Positions 49,309 through 63,203 of a stretch of DNA of 64,000 nucleotides are shown here, in pieces. The position numbers and the translations under genes were made by a program. The stretch lies in NCBI RefSeq assembly GCF_009914755.1, contig NC_060941.1. One strand, 5' to 3'. The DNA is from the human T2T-CHM13v2.0 reference genome, Homo sapiens. The stretch's first letter is position 1. Each line of letters begins with the position of its first letter. Below the pieces are notes generated by a model that saw only the letters and a list, made by a program, of their open reading frames with translations, made no database searches and was not told where the DNA came from.

Positions 49309-51815
49309 GTGAGCGAGTGCCCCACCCAGCCCGAGGACCAAGACCCCACCCCATCCCACCACCCGCCTCGAGGGAGGTACCCCAGAGAGCTTTTGGTCCC
49401 AGGCCTGCTATCTCCAGGCCCTACGTGAGGTCCCTACGGACCCTCTGCTCAGGCACAACTGGGCAAGGGATGCCTCCGTGCACCACGGGTACAATCCAGC
49501 TCCCCGCTCATACACACCCGGGGCCAAGGGATAGAGGAGTCCCCACCCCTGGAGCAGCCCGCGCGTCCTCTCCAGCCCTTGACGGCCCATCCGTTGTCCT
49601 CCTCTCCAAGAGTCTCCTCTGCGTCTCTCTGTCTCCTTGTCTCTGCGCCCCCTCCGACCCCAGCTGCCGGTTCCCGGGCCTCCTTCCCTTCCCTTCCCCC
49701 AGCCCAGGTCGTCTGTCCGTCCATGGCCCGTCAGTTCCTTCCTTTCTCCGCCGCCTCCACCCCCCTGCGTGCGTGCGGCGAGTGCGCGCGCCCCTTGCGG
49801 GTGTGCGCTAGGGAGACCGGGTGTGTGTGCGCGTGGCGGCGCGGTTGTGTGTGAGCGCGTGGCTGACAAAGGCTCCGGGCTGCGGGGAGCGGAGGGAGGG
49901 GCGGGGCGGGTCCGCGGCGCCTGGGGACCCAGGCTGCGGTTTGCAGCTGGCCCTGTACAGAGGCCTGGAGACGCCTCCCCCTGCTCTATGGTGCCTGGGG
50001 TGTAGGGTAGGGCGCAGGCCTCTGGAGCTAGAGACGTGGAGCCTCATCCTCAGGGAGCATCTCTGGGAATCAGCCTTGGGGACGGGATTGGGATCGATAG
50101 AACAACTGGGTTCTAGCCCCAGCTTTGCTCCTAATGTGCTTGGTGTGTGACCTTGGGCCAGTCTCAGCGTGTGTTTAGGTCTGTTTGCCCGTTTGTGAGT
50201 TGATTGATCATTGGGCCTTTGGGGGACGCACGTGGTTCTGGAATTGCCTTCTGCTGGCTCCCTTCCCCAGCAATTAGGGGTGGGTCTAGGGGTAAGAATT
50301 TGCCCTAGACTGAGCTGCTACTGGTTGGGAATGGTGGAGCTTTGAGAGGGAAGGACTTTGGCCAGACTGGCATAGGAAGGGGCTCCCTGCAGGAGGAGAG
50401 CAGTACTGTGTGCCTGGCATGCTGGCCCAGAACCTGCGTAACTATAGCTTAGTAAAATCTGGAGCTATCAAACACACAACAGAGAGAGAGAGGAGATAGG
50501 AGAGAGGGAAGGATTTATTTTTGGACAGACTCTAAAGAGAACTTTGCGGCAATTGAGGGAAGAGAGCCCGGGCATAAACCACATGCCACCTGGTGCCCTT
50601 CTCTGGGCCTCAGTCTCCCCGTCTGTTGAATGGAGTTTTGTGTCAAATGGAAGGGAAGAATTCTGATGGGAGGGCAGAGGCTTCCCCCTCCCCCCATTCC
50701 TGCTTTCAACCCCCCTTGGCTCTCTGTCCTTCCACTGGAGGAAATTGGAAGTGGGTACCAGTGGCATCAGTTTCTGGGTCGAGCTATCCCAAAGAGAAAC
50801 TTACTTTGGTCTAGAGAGCAGGAATATTGAGCACCTCCCAAAAACGCCAGCTGCTGTCACGCATGCACCATGCTGCCGGGGACCTGGGAGCATAAGCGCC
50901 ATCCTTTGGGGGAGAAATCAGAGAATACCTGGGACCTGTAGTCAGTTCACAAAAGGCTTCTGTACACAGATAGGGGGACCAATGTCCCTGTACAGCCCCC
51001 GTTCAAGATGGCCAGGAAAGTGACTGGCAAAGCTGGTGTTAGCTCTAACAGTAAGGCTCTGCCTGGGAGGAGGTCTTCCCACCCTTTCTCAGCTGAAGAA
51101 GGAATGGTACTACTTCTGGCACTGTAGCGCTCTCCAACTTGTTTTTTTTCCGGCCCCAGACCACCCGCTTTGACGTTCTTAGGGGAACTGCCTCTGCCAG
51201 GGGCAGAGCCAGAGAGGGTGGGATCAGGGAGGGCTGGCACTTATCTGCTCCCACTTCTACTCAGGTCTCTGAGTCAGATTGTCAGCATGGGGGAATGAGA
51301 TAGGAAATTTGTGGTGAATTGGTAAAGGGAGGTGGGGAGTGGTGGCTAAGAGGGGCGTGGGGCAGTTAGGGAGGAAGGCCCGGAAAGTCCTGTGCAAACA
51401 CTTGCCTGGGCTGTGCCTCCCTCCCTCTCCTGGCCTGGAGTGGGAGCTCACACACCACCCCACCCCCAACACACAACAGACACAGGTTTCCTCTCCGGAT
51501 AAGCCTGGTTGCCCCTCTCTCTATGGTAGATTTCCCCATCTCCACTTCCCCAAGTTCAGTTTTTAGGAATATTTATTATCTCTATGGTAACTACTATGGC
51601 TTGATGTGCTAGGGCCAGGGGAGTGCTCATCCCAGGCCTGAGTGCACCTGTTGCTGGCTGGCCCAGCTGGGACAGAGATGGGGATGCAGAGACTCAATTG
51701 CTCAGTCTTTGATGCTTGCACCTACCTGGCCCCAGCTCCCCACCAAAGATGGAAGGGAGGTCCCACTCTCCTTCTTTAACTCTGTCCTTTAAATCTGTTT
51801 TTTCATAGTGTAGAC

Positions 51816-52431
<616 letters not shown>

Positions 52432-55400
52432 GTCTAGAGTCTTTGTTGCCAGAGTTCGAGCCAAGGCTCTTCAGCTTCCCAGCCGTGTGACCTTGAAGAC
52501 ATCACCTGAGCCTTCTGTGTGATCATTCCCCTCCCGCCTGCCTCCCGGGTTGCGTGGGATAAATGAGACTGTATCTCGAGCACCTGGGACGGGGCCAGAT
52601 TCCTAGGAGGGCTTCACGAGTGCCAGCTGCCTTCTCCTTCATGCCTCTGCTCAAGCTGGCCACGATGCCTTTCCTGGGATTTTTGTTGTTGTTGTTCTGT
52701 TTTTTGTTCTGTTTATGACAGTCCTTTCAGGACACCTTTGCAAGCCCCTCCCTTCTCCACAGGGCTGGTCTCCATCCTGGGAACTCTAGTAGCTTCTACC
52801 CCAGCGCCACCCGGTGAACCTGCTAATTACGGCCTCTCCTCCGCCCCATGAGAACCCCCTGAGGGCAGCAGGCCTCAGAGCGGGTGAGGAGGGCCAGGCT
52901 CCTGTGCTTGCTCTTCTTACCGAGCGTTGCTTCAATTGGATGAAATTGAGGTAGCCCAGAAACCTCTTCTAAATCCTTCCTTGCACCTCCTTGCGCAGAT
53001 GGGAACACAGCCATCCAGAGAACAAAGACACTTACCCAAGGTCACACGGGGGGCGGAGCAGGGCCACACCAGCCAGAGCGGCATCCTCTCCAGTCCCAGG
53101 AGCCCCAGGTGGAGGTAGGGGCATGACCCTTGCTTCTGGCCTGGGAACGCAGAGGCTCTGCTGGCTTAGGCAAGAGCCCTTTGGGTAGATGAATTTCAGT
53201 TTAATTGAGCCAAGGCAGTTTGAGCTCCCCTAGGGCACATGGCTCCTGCTCCTATGGTCCCTAGCAGCCACCCACTCTGCATTCTGAGCCCACTCCTAGC
53301 TGCAAGGTCAGGAGAAGGAGGGAGTCCCTCAGACGGGGGTCTCACGCCCCCTCTAACTAGCTCTGCTTCCTGGTGCCAGAGCCACCTCTGCCACCCAGGC
53401 TGCCATTCTTACCTCTGTGAAATGGAAGCAGAGCTGAGGGTGTAGGTGGCAGCATTTTGCTCCTGGAACCAGGCCCCACAAGAGGGAGGTGGCCCTGGCC
53501 TTGTTTATGGGTGGTGAATGACTATTTGGGAACTGAGATCCTTCCCCAACTTCTGTGGGGTACCTGTTCTCTTCTCAAGACCTATTTTCTTTCCCTTTGA
53601 TCCAGCCTGGGGCAGCCTGGGCACTTGGAGTTGGGTGGAGTGGGGGCTGTTGAGGAAAGGCAGAGCCTTGCCCTGGGGGAGTCCTTTTCTGCCAAAGAAG
53701 CTGAGACTGGTATCCATGGCAACTGCTCACTAACACAAACCCAGAAGGAGCGATGAGCATAGGGACCCAGCTGGGAACACAAGCCGAGAGGGACTTGGGG
53801 GCTTCCCCAGAGCAGCTGAGCTGGGTGCAGGAGGAGGGGGTGCCAGGCTGGGGCTCACTCTCCTATTGGCTTTTTTTTTTTTTTTTTTGGTCTGTCCTGT
53901 TAAGTCTATCCAGAATTGAAAGATGGGGAAACTGAGGCCCAGGGTCTTTTACAGGGTCACCTGGTGGGTAGGGGCTAAGCCAGGCCCTGTCTTGTGGCTC
54001 TGTGGCTCTCTCTTTAGATAAGGATGGCCACCTTAAGGATAAACAGTGCCCCTGCCTTGCCCTCTTAGGTGGCCTTGTCCTGGCCACTGCCACATCTGCA
54101 CCGTGGAGAAACCCCAGCTGAGGTGTGAGGGGCAGGGCATCCAGAGTGTCTGACTGGCAGGCTCAGCACCCAGGTGAAGCGCCAGGTGGCCTAGAATGTC
54201 AGCGCCCTTGTGACTAACTGCCTGCTGCCCACTTCCTTGCTCCTGCTTCCTTTTCAAGGCACCTTCCAGCAGGCTCTGCCAGCCCCTCCGCTGTGCTGTC
54301 ATCCATCAGAGGAAGTGCTTTGAAACATAGTACCTTGGTCTGGGGCCCTGGACCGGTGATGGGCCTGGCCTGTGCCTCTGTTTCTCATTTTGTGGATGAG
54401 GCAGGAAGGCTGCAGGTCTGCAGGTGATAGCCTGTTCTGAGAGGGAGGCTGCCCTGTTCAGAGCTGCTCAGAGGAGGAGCTCCTTGTCCCTTCCCCAGAA
54501 CCTTCTGCAATAGGAAGTGGCTTTTGTTTCTGCCTGTGGGGGCCTGAAATCTTGAAGGTAGAAGGGGGATGAGAGTGAGGGAGTCCAGGAGAACACTGGC
54601 CCGATCCCTAGGCTTCTGGGGCTGGGCTCCCTCTTAAGCTCCAAATGTCTTCTGGGCTGAGCTTCCTGTTCCTGGCTCTGCCAGCCTTCGCCAGCTTTAC
54701 TGTGTGACTGGAGGCAAATTCTGACTCTCTCTGATCCCTGAATCCATGACAGATGATTTTTGTCCCTCTCTTGCTGTTGTCAGTGTCTTGGTCCCAAGGA
54801 TAGTGTGGTGCACTTGGTCTCAGGAACTCCAGTCTGCTGGTCCCTGGCTCTGCCTGCACCTCCTTTCCCCAGGACAACCAGATCTGCTTCCCGGGAGCTA
54901 CAGTAGCCAACTGCGCTTGTCCCTGGTGGGTCTCAGCGGTGTCCTCTTTCCAGGATGCCGTCTCCAGTGCTCTGGGTTGAACCAAGTGCCTAACTCCCGG
55001 TTTTGAACTGTGCTCTGCTCCGCCTCCATCACAGCACCTATCCCCATGGAGAGTCACCATCCCCCTCTAGCCATGGTCACACCTGGGACCCCCGCATGCA
55101 TAGGAGACTGCCCCAGGCTTGAGCTCTGTTGACTGAGTCACAGACTCAGTTGACTGAGACTTGGGTTGACTCATACCTGCCTGACCCAAAGCACATCCTT
55201 CTGGGCTGAAAGGGCACTGGTAGGTTTGGACAGCTCAGGTGAAGGGCCAGGCCCCTGTGCTGACATCAGGGTTTCTCCGACAGTGGCTGGTGCTGTCTCT
55301 TTGTTCTGACCAGGGCTCACAATGAGCCTCAGGGCCTGAGTCTCCAGGAAGGAAATGGGAGGATGTAGTCAGGCAGTCCCTGTCTACCCAGTCCTCAGCC

Positions 55401-57309
55401 CTGACAATGAGGCCGCGCAACCCCCAAGCTGGGCAGAGCGGCTTTTCTACATGGCTTTTCTACATTCAAGAGGGCACAGTGGCAGCTTTGCCCTGTCTCT
55501 TCTGCAGATAGGGCTGGCCCAGGTCACACAGTGAGGCCGTGTGAGGAAGAGCACCGGTCTGCTCTGGGCCTGGTCCTCGCCTGGTGGCTGGGAGGTTGGT
55601 GAGTGGGGCCACAGGGGAGAGGAGAGGAGAGCATCGGCATCGGGGCAAGAATCAAACCTGGAACGAGGCACTAGCCAGAGCTTGGAGGCTGGGGACAGGG
55701 TCCTGTCCTCCTGCCTCCCGCTTTCCTCTGCCCTCTTGGAGCCCATGCTAGGGTCTCCCCACTCCCACTCCTAGAGCCACGAGGTCTTCGTGATTCCTTC
55801 CCTGTCAGGCATGGGGTTCCTGAATGGGCTTCCAAGAGGCAAAGAGCAGGATCAGGCTTTGTCAACTGAAAAGGGCTGTGCCTGGGGAGAGGTGGGGTTA
55901 CTTGGTCACACAGCTGTTTCCAGCATCCGTGTGGGGATGCTAGGGTGTTGAGGGGTGACTGCTTGCAGCCTTTTTGTGGGGAGTTGTCGGGGTGCAGGTG
56001 GGGAACACAGGCCAGATGTGGGAGCCTGGGGACCAGCTCGGCCTGGCTCCTGCAGCCTCTGTCCCGCTCACCTTCTGCACGTCAGCTTCCATCCGAGGCG
56101 GGGAGCAGCAGTCCCTGGCCGCCTTGGCTACTGAAGTAGCACGTGGGGAGAAGGCTGAGGGTTTGTGGGCTTGAGGGGAGCCATTCTGAGGTCTCTTATC
56201 TCTTCCCCACCCTCTTCCCCAGGCCCCTGCCTTATCCTGTGTCTGGCTGGCATATCATGACCCACTGGCCACACCCCCTGTGGGTCACGATAAGGCTGTG
56301 GCCACCTTATCCCTGGCCCCTGGTGGTCTTGGGAGTCCCTGGGCCAGGACAGGGCTGGGGAGGCTGAGCTGGGGAAGGAGTAGCCGTGCAAAGCCCCCAG
56401 ATTGCTCAGGCAGAGCCTGGTTCCAGTAAAGCTGGCCCCAAATGATAGACTAGAACCACAGGCCAGAGGCCCGGCAGCCCGGCCCCGCCCACTCTTGGCA
56501 TAGAGACACAGCAGGGAGGAGGGGGACACTCTGAGCTCCAGGGTGGTGTCTCTCTAGGGCTAGCGGGGTCTGCGGGCAGGACTCGTGGGTGGGGAGGGGT
56601 GTTTCTCTAAGGGGCCAAGGCTCTGGGCTGGGGGCCTCATCCTCATGGTCTCTGCAGAGACTGATCAGTAAGCTGCTCTGCCATTAATGACCCAGATTTG
56701 CAGGGTGGCTTGGGAGTAGGGGACCAGCAGATGTAGAACAAACCCAGTTGAGATTCAGAAATGAACCCAGCAGGGATGTCTTGGGATTCTGGGCCACTTC
56801 TGAAATGGGCAACCTGAGGCCCAGCTGCTCCTGAAGATCACAGCCTCCTGCGGGCAGACGGGGGCAGGATCTTGCCCTGGGGAAGCCTGGGGGTGAGTAG
56901 GAGTGAGTGTGCCTGAGTCCAGAGCACTGGCTCAGGGACTGCCTTGGCCCAGTCCCTAGGCTGGTGGGGTGCCAGCGGGGCCGGGCTGTGGGTTCCCAGC
57001 CTTAGCCATCCAGCGCCAGGTCAGCAGAGCCAGGCTCTCAGGCCCCTGTAATTACCGGGGTGGGAGCTGCAGCCAAGCGGGAGCAGGGGTAAGACTCCCA
57101 GCGTGAGCCAGCACTGAGGCCTCCACATGGGGACCTGGGTCCCTCTGAGAGGGACTGGTGAAGGGCATCAGGGCCCATCCTTTCAGATTGCTAGGCCCTG
57201 TCTTTCCAGGCATCTGCCCCCATTTTGGATAAAAGAAAACCAAGGTGGGAATGCCCCATTGTTCTCAGGTCATAGCTGGGGCTGTGTCCTGTCCCACTAG
57301 TTAATTACA

Positions 57310-57560
57310 AATGATAACATTTATGACATTTATTGAGGACCTACTATGTGCCAGGCACTATTCTAAACACTGAATGTGGATTAACCTACTTAAACCTCAC
57401 AACAACCATATGAAATGAAGCAGGTCTTCAAATTAAGCCATATTACAGAGGAGGAAACTGGCACAGAGAGGTTATGTTATTTCCCCAAGGTCACACAGCA
57501 GAGAAAGTGGGAAAACCAGGATTTAAACCCAGATGCTCCAGTTCCAGAGCCCATGCTCTT
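57310..57560 (-). mobile_element. MIR (near full length)
   Basis: atttattgaggacctactatgtgccaggcact...gaggaaactggcacagagagg...cccaaggtcacacag. Confidence 0.85.
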
Positions 57561-58202
57561 GAGAATTTAGCTAAGCCACCTGCTGCTCTGAGACAGGCTC
57601 AGGTAGGGTGAACGTGGGCTGATACTGACTGTGCTTGGGGAAAGCAGGGGGTACGCGGGGACAAGCTTGAGTGCCAGGTGCCCTGTCTGGGCTGCCTAGG
57701 AAGGAAGAGACCTCAGGATCACGCTGTTGGCATCTTGCATTTGAGGCTGGCCTGAGCCGAGGGCTCTTGAGGTCAGTGTGGATTTCCTCTTACACCTTGG
57801 CCTTTCGAGGATTCTGTGATGTCAGCAGATTGGGCCTGGCTGGAGGAGGGAGGAGGAGGCCAGAAGTCCTGGAATCGGGGCTTGACTCCTCTCGGGGCTA
57901 CTGAAGAACCAGCAGTGATGGGGAATCACTGTGAGTGTCTGGGGCAAGCTGTTGAGTGAGTCAGGGCCAGAGTCCATCCAGTTCTGGGGGTGCCCTTGAG
58001 GTTACAGGCACCACTTCACCAAGAGCCTCAGAGGAGAGAGGCGCAGGTATCCTGGTAGACGCGACTTTGGATCTGCGCCCTAGAGGTGAGGCAGGTCTTA
58101 ATGGCTAGAGAGGGATAGCCTAGGAAGAGGCACAGCTGTGGCCAGGGCTGGGCGGCCTACAGCCTGTGATGTGTGATTCCAGGGAACTCAGAGCAGCCTG
58201 GC

Positions 58203-58360
58203 CAGTGGTTTCCAATCACCTGGGCAGTGCGTTTATAGATTCTTAGGTCCCACATCTAGAAAGGGTGACTCTGCAGATTTGGGGAGGGCCCCAGGAAGCT
58301 GTATTTTAATAAGCACCTTCCCTAAAGGTGATTGGGATTCTCAGGCAGGTTTGGGGATCT
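58203..58360. mobile_element. MER5-like DNA transposon relic
   Basis: cagtggtttccaa...aatcacctggg...ggcccaggaagctgtattttaataagc. Confidence 0.6.
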
Positions 58361-59023
58361 TCCCAGTCTCTGCATTTACACAGGAAGAAATAGGGGTCCA
58401 GGGAGGTGAAAAGTCATGGCTAGCAGCATTTCCCTTTGCCTGGAGTCAGGGGCTGTATGTGTGTGCGGTGGGCACTGTGGTTGGGAGAAGAGCTGGCTTA
58501 GGGCCAGACCGTGGAGGCCTCAGATGCTAGAATTCTGGGCGGCAATGGGGCTGCTAAGTGTGAGTGGGCAGCCGTACCCACTGGGCCAATACTCGTAGAA
58601 CAGCGCCTGGCACAAAGTAGTTGGTGGATATGTGTCAATATGTGCATTGTCGCTGTTGTTATTGGTACCATTACTGAGCCAGGGGTCTGGGCCAGTGGAT
58701 CTTAAAGGACTGATGGACGACTCTGAGGCCAGAGGTCACCAGTGGGCCACAGCGTTAGCTCCTTGAGTCCAGGCACTGTCTCGGGGTCTCTAGAGGCCCA
58801 GACCAGGACTTAGAACTCAGTAGGAGATTCGTAAGAGCTTGTGAGATCAGGCAGCAGGAGGGATGCCGGCTGGCCGGCAGGGGCTGGAGGCAGGGAGTCC
58901 AGGGAGGAGGCTGGACGATAAAGCAGATGGAGAATCACCGGGGCCCATTCATGAGGTGGAGGGAGCCAAAGGGGTATCCTGGCTGACTCCCAGGGTCCTG
59001 CAGTGTCCTACAGGGTCCGCTCA

Positions 59024-59669
<646 letters not shown>

Positions 59670-62522
59670 CTAGGAGACGATTCCAGCTGTGGATTTGGGG
59701 TATGCCTGGAGAGGCCTGCATTGTGGCTGTGTTGGCTGGGGTCTGCATCTGGGGTAGGAACCCCACTTTGCATGCACGCCTGGCGGGGTGGGCTTGGCCT
59801 GAGCTGTGGGAGGCTGCTCCTGGGCGTGAGGCCCATCCTGTGACCCACCAAACCTCAGCCTCCAGGAAAGAGGCTAAAAATAAGGCTGTGGTGAAGAAGG
59901 GAGGGGTGCGTGGGCCTGAGCCGTGCTGGAGCCCAAAGGAAAATCTGAGGCGACCCGCCGAGCTGCTGTGACACACGCTTCCCGTGCCAGCGGCCAGCGG
60001 GATCTCACCCTCCTGTGGCTGTGGCCGCCTCCAGGCCCGGAAGAGGGAAAGCAAGCCAGAAAGGTTCAGCCCAGGTCCGACCTTGGGCCTCGCAGCCTGC
60101 AGGAAGCCCTGCTCCCTGGGAAGGTTCTCTCTGGTCTTCTTCCTGGAGCTTGGACTTGGACCCAAGACTGGGCGCTGGGGAGTGGTGGGACGGGAGCAGG
60201 CCATGTTATCCAAAAGCTTCCTGTGTCCTGGGAACTGCCCAGGACTTCCCAGAGACCTTAGACGCCCATCTGGATGTGGAGGAATGTTCTCCCTCTACCA
60301 GGAGCTCTATGTGGTAGGAAGTCAGGGGAAGGCTTCCTGGAGGCAGAGGCAAATCCTGGACCTTGAAGTCATCGGATGGGGAAGTGTGCCGCTGGATAGC
60401 TGGATACTGCAGGGAGGAAGCGAGAGTGCTTTGATTTGCCGTGGACACAGGATGTCATCATGATGGCTATTTTGATATGGCCTCCCTCCCAGAAATGGAA
60501 CCTGCAGTTACTGCAGACCCGTGTCCCTCCTCTGGACTATGGATGGGGACCCTCCTGCCTCCTCCTGACTCCGCCCATCCTCTTGTCCACCCGACACCAA
60601 AATCGTGACTGTCCCTGCTCTGAGTCCTGGAGATGACCGGCCACGGCTCCTGCCTGGCTTGTGGTCTAGTGGAGGATGAAGAAACATTCACCCACGTGTA
60701 AAGTCCCTGTGGGTTATGTGTGTGCTGGGCCCTGGAGGACACCAGCAAACCACGCAGAAGGCAGCGTGGCAGGAGAACGAGCTTTGGTTTTTGGCAATAG
60801 ACCTCGTTTCAGATCTCACCTCCAAAACAGAATGTACTGTGTGACAAATTACTTCATGTCTCAGAGCCTCGGTTTCTTCCTATATAAAATGGGATGAGAA
60901 TCATAAATACCAGCACAGATAGTGAGGACAGCGTCTGTACCATCTTCAAAGCCTCACGCAGTTCCTTGGAACTTAGCGGGAAGCGGTAACTAGCGGCTCT
61001 CAGCTCAGGAGGAGCTCATAGCTGTGCTTCTGTGTGCATTCCCTATAGAACCCACTCATCCTGGTAGGCCCAGTGCTAAAACGAGTTTGGACAGGGGAAG
61101 AGTGGGGGCAACTAACTTATTGAGGGTGGTGGGAGGGGAGCAAGCAGGGGAGATATTCCAGAACAGGAGGCATCTGAACTGGCCTTGAAGAAGTGGCAGG
61201 AGTGAGCCTGGTTGACGGAGTTGTACCAGAATAGAAGAGGAAGTGTGCAGAGTCAGGGGGCCATGAGTAGTTTGGGGTGGCTAGTGGAGGGGTGGTGTCC
61301 TGAGAAGTGAGGCCGGAGGGCGGGGCTGGCAGGGCCACACCTTCACCCTGTGAAGTGACTGTGCCACAGAGGGATGGGATCAAACCTACACATCAGGAGG
61401 GGGAACAGAGTCCTGACCCAGAAAGGAATGGGTTGTGGGGCTGTGAGCCTCTGGGGCTGGGTCAGGGCACCTCAGAGGTCCCTCTTGCTGGCTCTGCCAT
61501 CCACAGGCCTAGGATTGGCCCCGGCTTCTACCTTCAAGGCAAAGCCACAGCCTCTGCCTTGGTTATTAAGTCATTAACTGGGCCTCACACAGCCTCTTCA
61601 TTACGGGTAATTATGGTCAACCCACTCAGGGCATTAACAAGGAGGAAGACAGCTTCTCTGGCTGTCAGGCTGCTGGGACATCCGCCCGTCTGTCCTGCAT
61701 TCCGGGAAATTGCTCAGGATTCCAACCTGGGTCTCGGAAGGGACAGTGACGTTCCAGCCTCCCCACTCCTTCCACACCCCCAGTCCCAGCTGCCAGCAGG
61801 ATCCTCATACAGCACCTGGAGATTCCACTTTTTCCTACTTCCCTGTGGTGTGACTTTGAGCCCACAGCCTGACTTCCTATGCTCCAGTTTCCTCATCTGT
61901 CAACTTGGATCCTAGTACCAGCCTCCTAGGGCTGTGTGGGGATTATACAGGCATTTAATGCTCAGTTCGGCAAACCATCATCTGTTGAATGCTGCCATCA
62001 TCATCGTCATCATGAAGAGCTCTGGAGTCCCCCAAAGGCTTCTGTCCCTGCCTGTAAGGCCCCCAAAGGCAGGGCCATCTCCTCTTCCTTCTTCCGCTGT
62101 CCCTTCTCACTGCAGATGTGCTATGGTCAGCGGGGCTCTGGCCTGTGCCCTGGGTCCTCCTGTCCTCACAGATAATGCAGGCAGGGACCCTGAGGCCCAC
62201 GGGGATGGGGGTTGTGCTTACTCAGGAGCCCTGGCTGAGTGCTGCGAGGGGTAGGAGGTCCAAGATCCTGCCTGTCCCCCAGAAGCCATGGCTCTGCCAG
62301 TCTGCTGGGGCTGTGGGTGGTTTCTGGGTGGTCCAGCTGCTGCCCCCACCCCGTGACGTGCAAAGCCCTAAAGTAGTTGGGCTTGGAAGCGGGTGTGGCC
62401 TCAAGAAATCCACTTCTCCCAAGAAAACGGGCCTGGAGCCCCGCCTGCTTCCCTCTGTACCCTGGGCCAGAATCTGAAAATGGAGGGGCCCGGTTATAAT
62501 CCTGAGGGCAGCTGGGGTGACA

Positions 62523-62682
62523 GTGTGTGTGTGTGCGTGCGCGCGCACGGGTATGTGTGTGCGCGCGTGGGTGTGTATGCATGTGTGCAGGTGTGTGCAC
62601 ACACGTGCGTGCGTGTGCAGGTGTGTGTGTGCATGTACAGGTGTGTGCGTGTGTGTGCGAATGTGGTTGTGCACATGTGCAG
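62523..62682. repeat. Alternating purine-pyrimidine (TG/CG/CA) simple repeat
   Basis: gtgtgtgtgtgtgcgtgcgcgcgcac...gtgtgcacacacgtgcgtgcgtgtgc. Confidence 0.85.
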
Positions 62683-63137
62683 GTGAACCAGAGTGAGCGG
62701 CTGCCCCTCCCAGGCCAGAGGGCTCCCCGCAGCTTTCAGGGCCCCCGCTGCTCTCTGAGTCATGGGCTTTGTGTTCCCCCTGAGGGAAAGGCCTATGTCT
62801 ATTGCACTGATCCACGGCCTGGGCCGCAGGTAGGGAAGAGGCCCAAGCTGGCAGATAGGAGGTGTGGTTGCCCATGGGGCAGAATGACCGCAGAGGAGCC
62901 CTGCCTTTCCCTGCCCCTCGGGTCCTTGTGAGTGATGGGAACAGGCTGAGGACAGGAGGTCCCCGGGGAGGCAGGAGGGAAGCCTGGGAAACCTGGGCAG
63001 GGTAGAGGTCGCAGCAGAGCAGGAGTGCCGCAGATATGGCCAGGCTGGGCCCTGCAAGGCGGGAAAGAGGCTGGGCTGGTCTGTGGGGACACCAGCCATC
63101 AGACTCGGCCAGTGAGCACCCTCTGTCTTCCCTCCAG

Positions 63138-63203
63138 GCGTCCTTCTGGACATCCAGCAGCACTTTGGGGTCAAGGACCGAGGCGCCGGCCTGCTGCAGT
63201 CAG
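63138..63203 (+). CDS. SPNS2: SPNS2 exon 2 (66 nt), (G)[21 protein letters not shown]
   Basis: cttccctccag|GC ... CAG|gtgagg; phase 1/1 continues exon 1; Spinster GLLQ motif. Confidence 0.96.

Larger units (their letters stand above)
48300..49950. promoter_or_regulatory. CpG island over the SPNS2 promoter, exon 1 and proximal intron 1
   Basis: Very high GC and dense CpG compared with the flanks; boundaries by eye. Confidence 0.9.

Noticed and set aside
48494-49349. Alternative-frame and antisense 184-219 aa ORFs over SPNS2 exon 1
   Set aside because: GC-rich shadow ORFs with low-complexity Arg/Ala/Pro/Gly content
49309-49811. SPNS2 reading frame stays open for 167 codons into intron 1
   Set aside because: Strong donor at 49308 and matching exon 2; stop scarcity is expected in a CpG island
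50580-50600. CTCF-like GCACCAGGTGGCA on the minus strand
   Set aside because: Partial match only; not supportable without a PWM scan or ChIP data
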